Assembly: GCA_963822445.1 (NCBI GenBank)
Contig: CAWGHO010000001.1
Location: 992,001-1,056,000, forward strand
Direction: 5' to 3'
Length of the DNA: 64,000 nt
From: an uncultured Acidobacteriota bacterium
GTDB taxonomy: Bacteria > Acidobacteriota > Thermoanaerobaculia > Gp7-AA8
Under the pieces are notes generated by a model that worked only from the letters and a program-made list of their open reading frames with translations, was not told the origin of the DNA and did not search any database. Positions 1 through 8,849 of this stretch are shown piece by piece. The translations under genes were made by a program, and so were the position numbers. Positions within the stretch are counted from its first letter, which is position 1; each line of letters begins with the position of its first letter.

Positions 1-2
1 AT

Positions 3-686
3 CTCGTCAACGAAGGCATCGTGGCCTCTCTGCCGCTGCTGCAGGAGCTCTCCGCGGAGCTTTCCCACGAAGCGCAGCAGCTCTACCGGATCCGCTCGCC
101 GTTCGGCGCGTACGTCGGCTTCGCGCCGGCGATCAAAGACATCGACTACATCGGCGTGCGCCACCTGGGCATGGTGCAGCTCAAGGGGCTGGACAACATC
201 GAGGTCGGCGAGATCGTGCCGTTCGGGCAGGGCGAGGCGGAGGAAGTCGTCCCCCTCGATCCGCAGGAGTCGTTCGTAACTCTGCTGCGCCAGGACTTCC
301 ACATCCGCAAGGAAACCTCGGGCGCCTATCGCGCGGTCACGCCGGCATTCGACACGACCACCGAGCACCTGCTGGTGAACGAGATCGTGATCTGCGTGAA
401 GACGATGTCGAGCGATACCGACGATGAGGTCCTGATCGGCGAATGGGACCCGCGCTCGGACGATGTCAAGCGCCCCCTGCGCCTGCCCCGCGGCGACTTC
501 CAGCGCCTGTTCTCGCTGAAAGGCGAGCTCAGCGCGGAAGTGCTCGACGAGAAGAAGGACAGCGTTCGGGAGATGTACGAGCGCCTGTCCCTGAAAACCC
601 TTGCCCCCGCCACCGCTCTCGCCCCTTATCGCGAAGACGCCGAATACGAGGCGTACGTGCTGGGGGCGGTGGTGGAGAAGCTGTAA
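3..686 (+). CDS. Hypothetical protein, 5'-truncated by window edge
   Basis: Frame open from window start to TAA at 684-686; no recognised motif. Confidence 0.6.
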   Translation, partial: LVNEGIVASLPLLQELSAELSHEAQQLYRIRSPFGAYVGFAPAIKDIDYIGVRHLGMVQLKGLDNIEVGEIVPFGQGEAEEVVPLDPQESFVTLLRQDFHIRKETSGAYRAVTPAFDTTTEHLLVNEIVICVKTMSSDTDDEVLIGEWDPRSDDVKRPLRLPRGDFQRLFSLKGELSAEVLDEKKDSVREMYERLSLKTLAPATALAPYREDAEYEAYVLGAVVEKL

Positions 687-687
687 A

Positions 688-788
688 GGAGGGCGGGCCG
701 CCCCGGCCGCGCTCGCCGGCCACCCTGGCCGGCGATCAGGGCCGGGCGAGGCGCCCGGTCCGAGCCGAGCGAGGCGCTCGGCCTCCGG
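688..788. repeat. GC-rich intergenic REP-like palindromic element
   Basis: Nested hairpins (cgccggcca..tggccggcg; ccgggcgaggcgcccgg; gccgagcgaggcgctcggc). Confidence 0.5.
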
Positions 789-805
789 TGATTTAAAATA
801 ACCCC

Positions 806-3247
806 ATGCGCGTCGACCACGAGAAGAAGGAGATCGTCTGTTCCGTCGGCGATCTCGTGCATCAGTCGACGTATCGCCGCATCGGCGTGGAGCGCGGCGA
901 CGGCTTCCGGCGGATGTGGATCGGGCAGGACATCCACACTCGCCGCGCGGAGCAGCGCGCCAACGACGATCCGAATTACAGGGCTGAAGTTCACGTCATG
1001 CACCGGATGCAGATCGGCGCATGGGCGATCACCATCACCGGACGCATCGACGGCCTTTCCATCGACAAAGAGGCGAAGCGCGTCTCCATCGAAGAAGTGA
1101 AGTCGATTCACTTCGACCTCGAGCTCGAGGCGCTGTCGCGATCGGACAAGCTGCAGCGCCACCTCTATCAACTACTGCTCTACGCGTACTTCCTCTCCGG
1201 GCAGCCGGAGCTGGAAGGCTTCACCTTCGCGCCGCAGCTCGCGCTGATCGACCTCGTCTCCGGCGAGGCGAAGATCATCGACACCGAGTTCGAGCGCGAG
1301 AAAGTCGCGGCCACGCTCGAAGCGCATCTCACGCGGATCATCGAAGAGATCGACGTCGCCAGCGCACTGCGCGTCGCCAAGCGCGCGTTCGCCGACGCGC
1401 TGGAGTTTCCATTCGACGGCATGCGTCCGGGGCAGGAAGAGATCGTGTCCTCGGTCGCGCGGGCGATCTGGCAACGCGACGCGCTCCTCGTGTCCGCGCC
1501 GACGGGCATCGGCAAGACCATGGCCGTGCTCTATCCCGCGGTCCGGCAGTCGCTGAAGCTCGGCAAGAAGCTCTTCTTCCTCACCTCCAAGACGCTCCAG
1601 CAGGACGCGGCCGTCGAAGCATTGCGGCGGCTGAACGACGGATCGTTCCGTGTGCTGCGCATCCGCGCGAAGCAGAAGATGTGCGCGCACACCGAGATGA
1701 TCTGCCACGAGGACTTCTGCCCGTTCGCCGCGCAGTACTCGGCGAAGATGCAGAAGAGCGCGCTGCTCTCGCACCTGGTGACGTCGATGAGCTACTTCGA
1801 TCCCGACATCACCTTCGAGCTCGCCCGCGACACGGAAGTCTGCCCGTTCGAGGTCTCGCTCGAGCTCATCGAGCAGGCCGACGTCATCATCTGCGACTAC
1901 AACTACATCTTCGATCCGTACGTCGGCCTGAAGGCGTATTCGCAGGAGAACGACTACGGCGATTGCGTGCTGGTCGTCGATGAAGCCCACAACCTCGTCG
2001 ACCGCGGCCGCGGCTATTACTCGCCGGACCTGCACGAGAAGCAGTTCGACGAGATCAAGCATCACCTGATGACGCGCAACTGCTGGCTCGATGGCTGGGA
2101 AGAGCTGCTGGGCATGCTTCGCGACCACTTCAAGGAGCTCGCGGAAGTGCTCGATGGCCCGGCGGGTATCAACCAGGCTCTCTGCTCGCCGAATCGCGAG
2201 CTATTCCTCGAGCAGCGCGTGGAATGGGAGCGGCTCGTCCTCGAATACATCGGCTGGAAGATCGACAACCGCATCGCCGAGGAAGAAGACCCGCTGATCG
2301 ATTTCTACTTCAAGCTGGTCAAGCTCACGAATCTCCTTTCCGAGGAAGGCGAGGAGATCGCTCACATCATCGAGCGGACGAACGAAGGGCTGCGGCTGAA
2401 GATCTTCTGCAAGGACCCCTCGCGGTTCCTCGGCAAGATCTTCGAGTCCGCGCACGCGACCATCGCCCTCTCCGCAACGCTCGAGCCGTTCGACTTCTAC
2501 CGCAAGACCCTCGGCTTTCCCTCCGAGCGCACGGCCGAGCTCTCACTCCCCTCGCCGTTCCCGCGCGAGAACCGGAAGATCGTGGTGATCTCAGAAGTCG
2601 ACACAACGTACAAGAAACGCGCGGATCACTACGATCGCATCGCCGCGAACGTCGCCGAGATCTCCGACGCCGGCGACGGCAACTTCCTCGCGCTCTTCCC
2701 CAGCTACGCGTTCCTGCGCGAGATCGCCGACCGCATGCCGCCGATCACCAAGCGGGTGATGGTGCAGCGCAACGACATGACCGATTACGAGCGGAACGCG
2801 ATCCTGGACATCCTCCGCGACAAGCCGCGCCGCGGAAATCTGATCATGGCCGTCTCGGGCGGGATGTACGCGGAAGGCATCGACTACCAGGGCGATATGC
2901 TGTCCGGCGTGATGGTCGTCGGTCCGGCGTTGCCGCAGGTGAGCTTCGAGCAGGAGCTGCTCAAACAGTATTACGACGAGCAGTACGGCTCGGGATTCGA
3001 GTTCGCGTACCTGATCCCGGGCATGACCCGCGTCGTGCAGTCGGCAGGTCGCGTGATCCGCAGCGAAACGGACATCGGCGTGATCGCGTTGCTGTGCAAG
3101 CGCTTCACGCAGGAGAGCTACACGCGCTACTTTCCGATGGATTGGTATGAGGAATCGCCGCGCGAGCTGGTCACGCGAAAGGCGGCCGCGGATGTGCGCT
3201 CGTTCTTCGAAGCGAAAAACGCGCCGCAATTGAGGATGTTGTTTTGA
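806..3247 (+). CDS. DinG/XPD(Rad3)-family Fe-S ATP-dependent DNA helicase with N-terminal PD-(D/E)XK nuclease-like domain
   Basis: Walker A APTGIGKT, DEAH, Cys cluster (CAHTEMICHEDFCP..CPFE), QSAGRVIR; N-terminus GRIDG..IEEVK..QLLLY. Confidence 0.88.
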   Translation: MRVDHEKKEIVCSVGDLVHQSTYRRIGVERGDGFRRMWIGQDIHTRRAEQRANDDPNYRAEVHVMHRMQIGAWAITITGRIDGLSIDKEAKRVSIEEVKSIHFDLELEALSRSDKLQRHLYQLLLYAYFLSGQPELEGFTFAPQLALIDLVSGEAKIIDTEFEREKVAATLEAHLTRIIEEIDVASALRVAKRAFADALEFPFDGMRPGQEEIVSSVARAIWQRDALLVSAPTGIGKTMAVLYPAVRQSLKLGKKLFFLTSKTLQQDAAVEALRRLNDGSFRVLRIRAKQKMCAHTEMICHEDFCPFAAQYSAKMQKSALLSHLVTSMSYFDPDITFELARDTEVCPFEVSLELIEQADVIICDYNYIFDPYVGLKAYSQENDYGDCVLVVDEAHNLVDRGRGYYSPDLHEKQFDEIKHHLMTRNCWLDGWEELLGMLRDHFKELAEVLDGPAGINQALCSPNRELFLEQRVEWERLVLEYIGWKIDNRIAEEEDPLIDFYFKLVKLTNLLSEEGEEIAHIIERTNEGLRLKIFCKDPSRFLGKIFESAHATIALSATLEPFDFYRKTLGFPSERTAELSLPSPFPRENRKIVVISEVDTTYKKRADHYDRIAANVAEISDAGDGNFLALFPSYAFLREIADRMPPITKRVMVQRNDMTDYERNAILDILRDKPRRGNLIMAVSGGMYAEGIDYQGDMLSGVMVVGPALPQVSFEQELLKQYYDEQYGSGFEFAYLIPGMTRVVQSAGRVIRSETDIGVIALLCKRFTQESYTRYFPMDWYEESPRELVTRKAAADVRSFFEAKNAPQLRMLF

Positions 3248-3756
3248 GACATTTGCCGGTTCTGCTTCTTCTTCTCGCCGCCTGCGCTTCCACCACTCCC
3301 CCACCCGCACCGCCTCCCGTCCCGGCGTGGGAAGCGGTTCCGGCGGGAATCAGCGGAGCGCTTTGTCAGCGGCTGCAGCTGGACGGCATCGGGACGATCG
3401 GTGCCGAGGTGGGGATGGTGAAGATCACCCAGCCGATCGCGTCGCCGCAGATCCTGGCTTCACTCGGCAAGCCGAAGCGCAGCGTGAACATCGTGCATCG
3501 CGCGCTTCCGATCGCCACGGCGACGACCGGAACCGGATCGTGCGCGTGGAGGCTGATCGACGCACTCGATCCGCAGCGGCACCGCGACGCGATGGTCGTC
3601 GAGCTTTCCTCGCCCGTCCCCAATCCCTCGAAAAACGCCGCCGGCCTGGTCGCCCGCGTCTCCCTCGGCGGCACGCATCCGACCTGGTACTGGATCGAGC
3701 TGATCCCGCGCGGCGAAGGGTGGTCGGTGGGGCGGATTCTGCCGCTGGGGTTTTAG
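3244..3756 (+). CDS. Putative lipoprotein, hypothetical
   Basis: Lipobox-like LLLAAC followed by Pro-rich linker; 4-nt overlap with helicase stop. Confidence 0.6.
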   Translation: MRHLPVLLLLLAACASTTPPPAPPPVPAWEAVPAGISGALCQRLQLDGIGTIGAEVGMVKITQPIASPQILASLGKPKRSVNIVHRALPIATATTGTGSCAWRLIDALDPQRHRDAMVVELSSPVPNPSKNAAGLVARVSLGGTHPTWYWIELIPRGEGWSVGRILPLGF

Positions 3757-5555
3757 GCCCAGTTCTCCAACCAGTACTGCAGCATGATCACCGCCCACAG
3801 CGGTTTGGCGTGATTGGCAGTGCCCGCGCGGTGCTCATCCAGTAGTCGCCTGACGTACGCCTCATCGACGAGTCCATGCAGCCGTTCAGGCGCGAGCAAC
3901 CGATCGACTTCCGATCGCAGCCCGCGATTGATCCAGCTCGCCACCGGCACACTCAAACCGCGCTTGCGGCGATAGATGACGTCGCGCGGCAACCACTTCT
4001 CCGCGGCTTTCTTCAGCACCCATTTCGTGGTCAGTCCGCGAACGCGCAGATCGGCTGGCAGCGACAGCGCGTACGCAGTGAGGAAGCGATCGAGATACGG
4101 CGCGCGCGCTTCGACTGACGAAAGCATGGTCGCGCGATCGACTTTCACGAGCAGGTTGTCGCGCAGGTAGCTTCGGTAGTCGAGCAGCATCGCGCCCGTC
4201 AGCGCGTTCTCGCCATGCGCAACGACGTCTGGGAGCGCACGCGCGGGCAGGCCGGTGCCGAACCAGGCCAGATGGCGCTCGATCCAGGGGCGCTCGGCGT
4301 CGGTGACGAACTTCTTCAGCAGATATTCGAGCGTGACCTTCTTCCCCGAGGGCGGAAGCGCGAACGCGAGCTTGCGCAGAGCCGTACGCGCGAAGGACGG
4401 CATGGAGTCGTACAGCGGCGCGACTTTGTGTCCGAGGTACGTCGGGTAGCCGCCGAACAGCTCATCGGCACCTTCGCCGCTGAGGATCACCTTCACATGC
4501 TCGCGAGCGGTGCGGGCCAGCAGGAACGTCGGAAGAATCGCCGGATCGGCGAGCGGTTCGGCGACGCGCCTCGTGACGTGGCGCAGAGCCTCGAGCAGCG
4601 TCTCCTCGTCCGCGCGCACCGGCACGTGGCGCGTGCGCATGTGTCTGGCCAGCTCCGCCGCATCCGCACTCTCGTCATAAGACTCCTCGGCGAACTGCGC
4701 CGAAAACGTGTGCACCTTGTCGACGCCGATCGCCTTCGAGGCGAGCGTGGCCAGGAGCGAGGAATCGAGTCCGCCGCTGATGAAGACGCCGACCGGGACG
4801 TCGGACATGACCTGCTTGGTCACCGCGTCCTCGATGAGCCGCTGCGTCGTGGCGATCGCCTCGCGGGCATCGCGCGGCTCGATCGTGAATCGCTCCGGAT
4901 CCCAGTAACGGATGGTCTCTTCGCCGCCGTCTTTGAAGAGCATCAGCGTTCCCGCCGGAACGCGGCGGATCGCCGCAAACGGGGTGCGCGGCTCGGGGAT
5001 GTAGCCGAGGGTCAGGTATTCGTCGATGGCGACACGATCGAGATCGCGCGAGATTTCGGGATGCCGCAGCAGACATTGCAGCTCCGAGGCGAAGAGCACT
5101 TCGTCGCCGGAGCGCATGTAGAACAGCGGCTTCTCGCCGGCGCGGTCGCGCGCGAGGAGCAGCGTGCGCGTGCGGTTGTCCCAGATCGCCAGCCCGAACA
5201 TGCCGTCGAGCATCTCCACGGCCTTCGGACCCTGATCGAGGTACAGCGGCAGGATCGTCTCGACGTCGGAGTGCGAGCGGTACGGGTAGTCGCGATAGCG
5301 CGCGCGGATCTCGGCGGCGTTGTAAATCTCGCCGTTCGCCTCGAGCCACACCGAACCGTCAGGCGATGCGAACGGCTGGTCGGCGCGCTCGTGCAGGTCG
5401 ATGATCCGCAGCCGCTCCGTACCGATGCGGGCGTTCGGATGCGTGAGCACCGCCCGCCCGTCCGGACCGCGATGACGCAGGGCCTCCCCCATCTCGTCGA
5501 GGACGTGGGGGAAGCGGAGCGCGTTCGCGCCGATCATTCCGTAGATGCCGCACAT
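3753..5555 (-). CDS. asnB: Asparagine synthase (glutamine-hydrolysing) family amidotransferase
   Basis: True start MCGIYG at 5555; HRGPD, NGEIYN, RDRAGEKPL, SGGLDSS, SGEGADELFGGY. Confidence 0.9.
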   Translation of the reverse strand: MCGIYGMIGANALRFPHVLDEMGEALRHRGPDGRAVLTHPNARIGTERLRIIDLHERADQPFASPDGSVWLEANGEIYNAAEIRARYRDYPYRSHSDVETILPLYLDQGPKAVEMLDGMFGLAIWDNRTRTLLLARDRAGEKPLFYMRSGDEVLFASELQCLLRHPEISRDLDRVAIDEYLTLGYIPEPRTPFAAIRRVPAGTLMLFKDGGEETIRYWDPERFTIEPRDAREAIATTQRLIEDAVTKQVMSDVPVGVFISGGLDSSLLATLASKAIGVDKVHTFSAQFAEESYDESADAAELARHMRTRHVPVRADEETLLEALRHVTRRVAEPLADPAILPTFLLARTAREHVKVILSGEGADELFGGYPTYLGHKVAPLYDSMPSFARTALRKLAFALPPSGKKVTLEYLLKKFVTDAERPWIERHLAWFGTGLPARALPDVVAHGENALTGAMLLDYRSYLRDNLLVKVDRATMLSSVEARAPYLDRFLTAYALSLPADLRVRGLTTKWVLKKAAEKWLPRDVIYRRKRGLSVPVASWINRGLRSEVDRLLAPERLHGLVDEAYVRRLLDEHRAGTANHAKPLWAVIMLQYWLENWA

Positions 5556-5580
5556 TGGCGGCGCGCATTGTGCCAGACCA

Positions 5581-5701
5581 CGAGGGGCCTCCGGCGGGCG
5601 GCCCCGGGCCGCCGCGCTGGTTGTGCCTTCTGCCGGGATCGCGCTGGATGCGCGAATCGCGTTCACGCCAACACTAACGCAGCGGCCCGGGGCCGCCCGC
5701 C
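5581..5701. repeat. REP-like long palindrome interrupted by IS110 (remaining right-arm bases at 7241-7254)
   Basis: Left arm cgaggggcctccggcgggcggccccgggccg; its complement is split into ..cggcccggggccgcccgCC (to 5701) and CCggaggcctctcg (7241-7254). Confidence 0.85.
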
Positions 5702-5711
5702 TATAGCTTGT

Positions 5712-5955
5712 CCGGCCGTCTCTCCGCTTCTCCCTCAGCCCTCAGAGAAGTACCCGTTGGGTGGCAATCGGGAGAATCGGGTTCAGGCGGCGCGATACTG
5801 AGAGGAAGGGTTCGTCCCGCTACGAATTCCGCCCGTGTTCGGATCGACGAATCCCTCCGGACTTTCGAGCGGGACGAAGTGCTTTGGCCCGAAACGCATT
5901 CTCAGATGCTGTCGGAGCACGACTCGACTATAGGCCTTGCGCGCGGCCAAAGCCA
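5712..5955 (+). ncRNA. Predicted IS110 bridge RNA (target-binding loop about 5811-5878, donor-binding loop about 5881-5953)
   Basis: Stem ttcgtcccgct/agcgggacgaa encloses ccgcccg (left target) and cctccgg (reverse complement of core+right target); stem gctttggcc/ggccaaagc encloses ctcagatg (left donor) and ctatagg (reverse complement of core+right donor); 5' end approximate. Confidence 0.82.
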
Positions 5956-5973
5956 ACCCGAAGGGAGGGTGTG

Positions 5974-7218
5974 ATGAGCGAGTTCGAGTTTGGGGCGTTG
6001 GTGGGACTGGATTGGGGTGACACATCGCACGAGGTGGCTCTTTGGGACGAGCAGCAGCAGACGTGCACGAACGAGCGCATCGAGCACACGCCTGCGGCTC
6101 TGCGCGCATGGATCGAAGCGCTGCAGGCGCGCTTCGGCGGGGCACCGATCGCCGTGGCCATCGAGCAGTCCCGCGGCGCGGTCTTCGACGCGCTCAGCGG
6201 CTATCCGTTCGTCACGTTGTATCCGATCAACCCACGCAGTGCAGCCCGGTATCGTGAGGCGTTTCATCCGAGCCTTTCGAAAGACGATCCGACCGACGCG
6301 GCGTCCTTGCTCGACCTGCTCCGTAAGCACCGCAACGAGCTGCGCCCGTTCATCGCCGACGACGCTTCTACGCGGCTGCTGCGGCTTCTGACCGAGGATC
6401 GGCGGGAGCTCGTCGATCAGAGGACGCAACACGTCCAACGCATGACCGATCGGCTCAAGACGTACTACCCGCAGGCGCTCCGGTGGGCCGGCGCGTTGAT
6501 TACGGCCCAGGCCTGTGACTTCCTCGAACGCTGGCCGACGCTCGAGGCCATCCAAAGGGCTCGGCCGTCCGCGATACGGAGGTTCTATGCGGGTCATCAT
6601 CACGCGGCCGCGTGGATCGACCAGAGGCTCGCCGAGATCCGTTCAGAGGTCGCGTTCCACGACGACCAGGTCACCACTGACGCTGCCGTGCTGCTGATCG
6701 GAAGCGAGGTTGCGCAGATCCGGGCCCTCAACACGAGCATCGCCACGTACGACCAGAAGATCTCGGCGGCGTTCGCCGCCCACCAGGACGCGTCGATCTT
6801 CGCGAGCTTCCCTGGCGCCGGCCAACAGCTCGCGCCGCGGCTCGCCGCCGCCTTCGGGACCGATCGCAAGCGCTTCGGCAGCGCCGTCAACGTCGCCACC
6901 CGAAGCGGCATCGCCCCGGTTCTCCGCCGGAGCGGCAAAACGGCGGTCGTGCACATGCGCTGGGCTTGTCCGAAGTTCCTGCGTCAGACGTTCCATGAGT
7001 ACGCGCGAGTCTCGATCGGTCAGTCCGAATGGGCTCGAGCCTTCTACAAGCAGCAACGCGCGCGCGGACACAGCCACCACGAGGCTATCCGCACGCTCGC
7101 TTACCGCTGGATCCGCGTCCTTTACGCCTGCTGGAACAATCGCACCGTCTACGACGAAGCTCTCTATCTGCGGCAGCTCGCCACCCGAGGCTCAACCCTC
7201 GCCACAGCTGCTGCCTGA
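5974..7218 (+). CDS. IS110-family transposase/recombinase (DEDD RuvC-like + Transposase_20 domains)
   Basis: GGAGGG RBS then ATG at 5974; GLDWG, AIEQSRG, KDDPTDA, FPGAG, SGIAPVLRRSG, LRQTFHEYA motifs. Confidence 0.93.
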   Translation: MSEFEFGALVGLDWGDTSHEVALWDEQQQTCTNERIEHTPAALRAWIEALQARFGGAPIAVAIEQSRGAVFDALSGYPFVTLYPINPRSAARYREAFHPSLSKDDPTDAASLLDLLRKHRNELRPFIADDASTRLLRLLTEDRRELVDQRTQHVQRMTDRLKTYYPQALRWAGALITAQACDFLERWPTLEAIQRARPSAIRRFYAGHHHAAAWIDQRLAEIRSEVAFHDDQVTTDAAVLLIGSEVAQIRALNTSIATYDQKISAAFAAHQDASIFASFPGAGQQLAPRLAAAFGTDRKRFGSAVNVATRSGIAPVLRRSGKTAVVHMRWACPKFLRQTFHEYARVSIGQSEWARAFYKQQRARGHSHHEAIRTLAYRWIRVLYACWNNRTVYDEALYLRQLATRGSTLATAAA

Positions 7219-7219
7219 C

Positions 7220-7225
7220 TTGACA
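7220..7225 (+). promoter_or_regulatory. -35 box TTGACA in IS right end; pairs with TATAGC (5702-5707) at 17-bp spacing in the circular form
   Basis: Joined ends read TTGACA-ggaaggctcagatgtCC-TATAGC. Confidence 0.8.
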
Positions 7226-7232
7226 GGAAGGC

Positions 7233-8849
7233 TCAGATGTCCGGAGGCCTCTCGTCGTTCCCGTTCGCGTACGCCACGTGATGGGCGCCGGCAGCGACGT
7301 TCGTCCAACCGCGAGCTTCGAGCAATGCCCGCCGCGGCTTGTCGTTGTTCCGGACGATGTAGACCCGTGGATTGGCTGCGGCGAGCGAGCGCTCGAAGTA
7401 CGGCAGCGGCTTGAGCGGCGACGCGGGATTGGTCGTGAACTTCTCGTAGCGACGCACGAGGTAATTGCTGGTCATCTCGCTCGCGTCTTCGGTCACGACC
7501 ACGATCGGCCTCTGGAGATAAAACGCCATCGATCCGGTGAAGGCCTCGACGCCGATGATCTCCGTGTCCGGACGCACGTGCGGCGCGAGTCTCGCCACGA
7601 ACGAGCGCGTCGAGCGCCGTTCGCCGATCGCCTTCATCAGCGGATTGGTGATCAGCGGCATGAGCAGCACGGGCAACGACAGCGCGATCAGCACCAGCTC
7701 TTTCCGTTTCGCGAAAAGCGCGACCAGACCACCCAGCGCGAAGGCGCCGCCGAGGAAGAGCGCGGTGTCGTCGGCGACCGCGGCGATCTCCGGCTTCATC
7801 TTCGTCCGATGAAACACGAACGGCGCGACGAGCAGGATGCCGCCGAAGATGGCGAACACGATCGCCGCCGCGCGCGTCCGCGCCTCTTCCCAGATGCGCG
7901 CGATCACCAGCGCGATGGCTGGCATCAGCGGCAGGATGTACTGCGGCCGCTTCGACTGCGAGATCGAGAAAAAGACCAGCGGAATGGCGATCCAGAGCGC
8001 GAGAAACAGCAGGTCCCGCCGCTTCAGCGAGCGCCAGCTGAAGATCGCCACGAGCGACCAGGGCATCGCCCCGGCGAGCAGATACGGCAGGAAGTACCAG
8101 GGCGGTCCGGTGCGCTGCAGCTCTTTCGTGGCCATGCGCGTGGCGGTCTCGGTCACCAGCACGTAGTGCAGAAACTCAGGCACGACCTGGGTCACGCCCC
8201 ACAGCCACGGCGCGATAACCGCGGCGAACAAAACGATCCCGAGAATCGGGAAGAGCACGCGCACCGCTCGCTGAATGAGCGCGTACGGAATGACCACGAA
8301 CAGCACCAGCACGAACGTGACCGGGCCCTTGGTAATCATGGCCAGGCCCATCGCCGCCCAGGCCAGAATCGACCATCGCGAGTTACGCTCTTCGATCGCG
8401 AAGTAAAACGCGACCAGCGCGACGGTGCAGAAGAACATCAGCGCGCTGTCGAAGATCACCGTCCGGGCGAAAGCAACGGTCAGCGGCATCGCCAGGAACG
8501 TGATCGCCGCGATGTACGGCGCGTCTCCACCCCACACGCGCCGCGCGAACCAGAAAATCACCGCACCTGTGGCAATCGTGAAGAGGTACGCCGGCAACCG
8601 CGCCGCGACTTCCGTAGGTCCGAGGACCTCCATCGCCGCGGCTTCGGCCGCGAAATAGACCACGGGCTTATCGAGATACGGCAGCCCGTTGAGACGCGGC
8701 ATGACGTAGTCGTTCGTCTCCGCCATCTCCCGCGCCACTTCCGCGTTGCGGCCTTCATCGGCGTCGAGAAGCGGAAAGCCGCCGAGGTGAATCGCGAGGG
8801 CGATCACCGCGGCGGCTGTCCAGAATTTGAGGAGAGGTGAAGCGGTCAA
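7233..8849 (-). CDS. ArnT/GT83-like (PMT_2) membrane glycosyltransferase
   Basis: DADEGRNAEVAREM, YLDKP, KGP, SKRPQYILP, many TM segments; TTG start overlapping upstream TGA. Confidence 0.85.
   Translation of the reverse strand: MTASPLLKFWTAAAVIALAIHLGGFPLLDADEGRNAEVAREMAETNDYVMPRLNGLPYLDKPVVYFAAEAAAMEVLGPTEVAARLPAYLFTIATGAVIFWFARRVWGGDAPYIAAITFLAMPLTVAFARTVIFDSALMFFCTVALVAFYFAIEERNSRWSILAWAAMGLAMITKGPVTFVLVLFVVIPYALIQRAVRVLFPILGIVLFAAVIAPWLWGVTQVVPEFLHYVLVTETATRMATKELQRTGPPWYFLPYLLAGAMPWSLVAIFSWRSLKRRDLLFLALWIAIPLVFFSISQSKRPQYILPLMPAIALVIARIWEEARTRAAAIVFAIFGGILLVAPFVFHRTKMKPEIAAVADDTALFLGGAFALGGLVALFAKRKELVLIALSLPVLLMPLITNPLMKAIGERRSTRSFVARLAPHVRPDTEIIGVEAFTGSMAFYLQRPIVVVTEDASEMTSNYLVRRYEKFTTNPASPLKPLPYFERSLAAANPRVYIVRNNDKPRRALLEARGWTNVAAGAHHVAYANGNDERPPDI

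Larger units (their letters stand above)
5700..7242 (+). mobile_element. IS110-family insertion sequence flanked by a CC core dinucleotide
   Basis: Boundaries defined by the interrupted palindrome; CC at 5700-5701 and 7241-7242; no terminal inverted repeats; long non-coding left end and DEDD transposase. Confidence 0.92.

Noticed and set aside
806-1350. Cas4/CRISPR or type IV DinG association
   Set aside because: No repeat-spacer array or other cas genes in the window; Cas4 Fe-S cysteines are absent from this domain
3753-5555. Lasso peptide cyclase interpretation of asnB
   Set aside because: Intact N-terminal Cys glutaminase domain; no precursor, B1/B2 or RRE genes nearby
5556-5666. N-terminal extension of asnB
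   Set aside because: Class II amidotransferases start at Met-Cys; the extension is REP sequence
5761-5973. 71-aa N-terminal extension of the transposase in the ORF track
   Set aside because: The region is the structured non-coding left end; the RBS and family N-terminus point to a start at 5974
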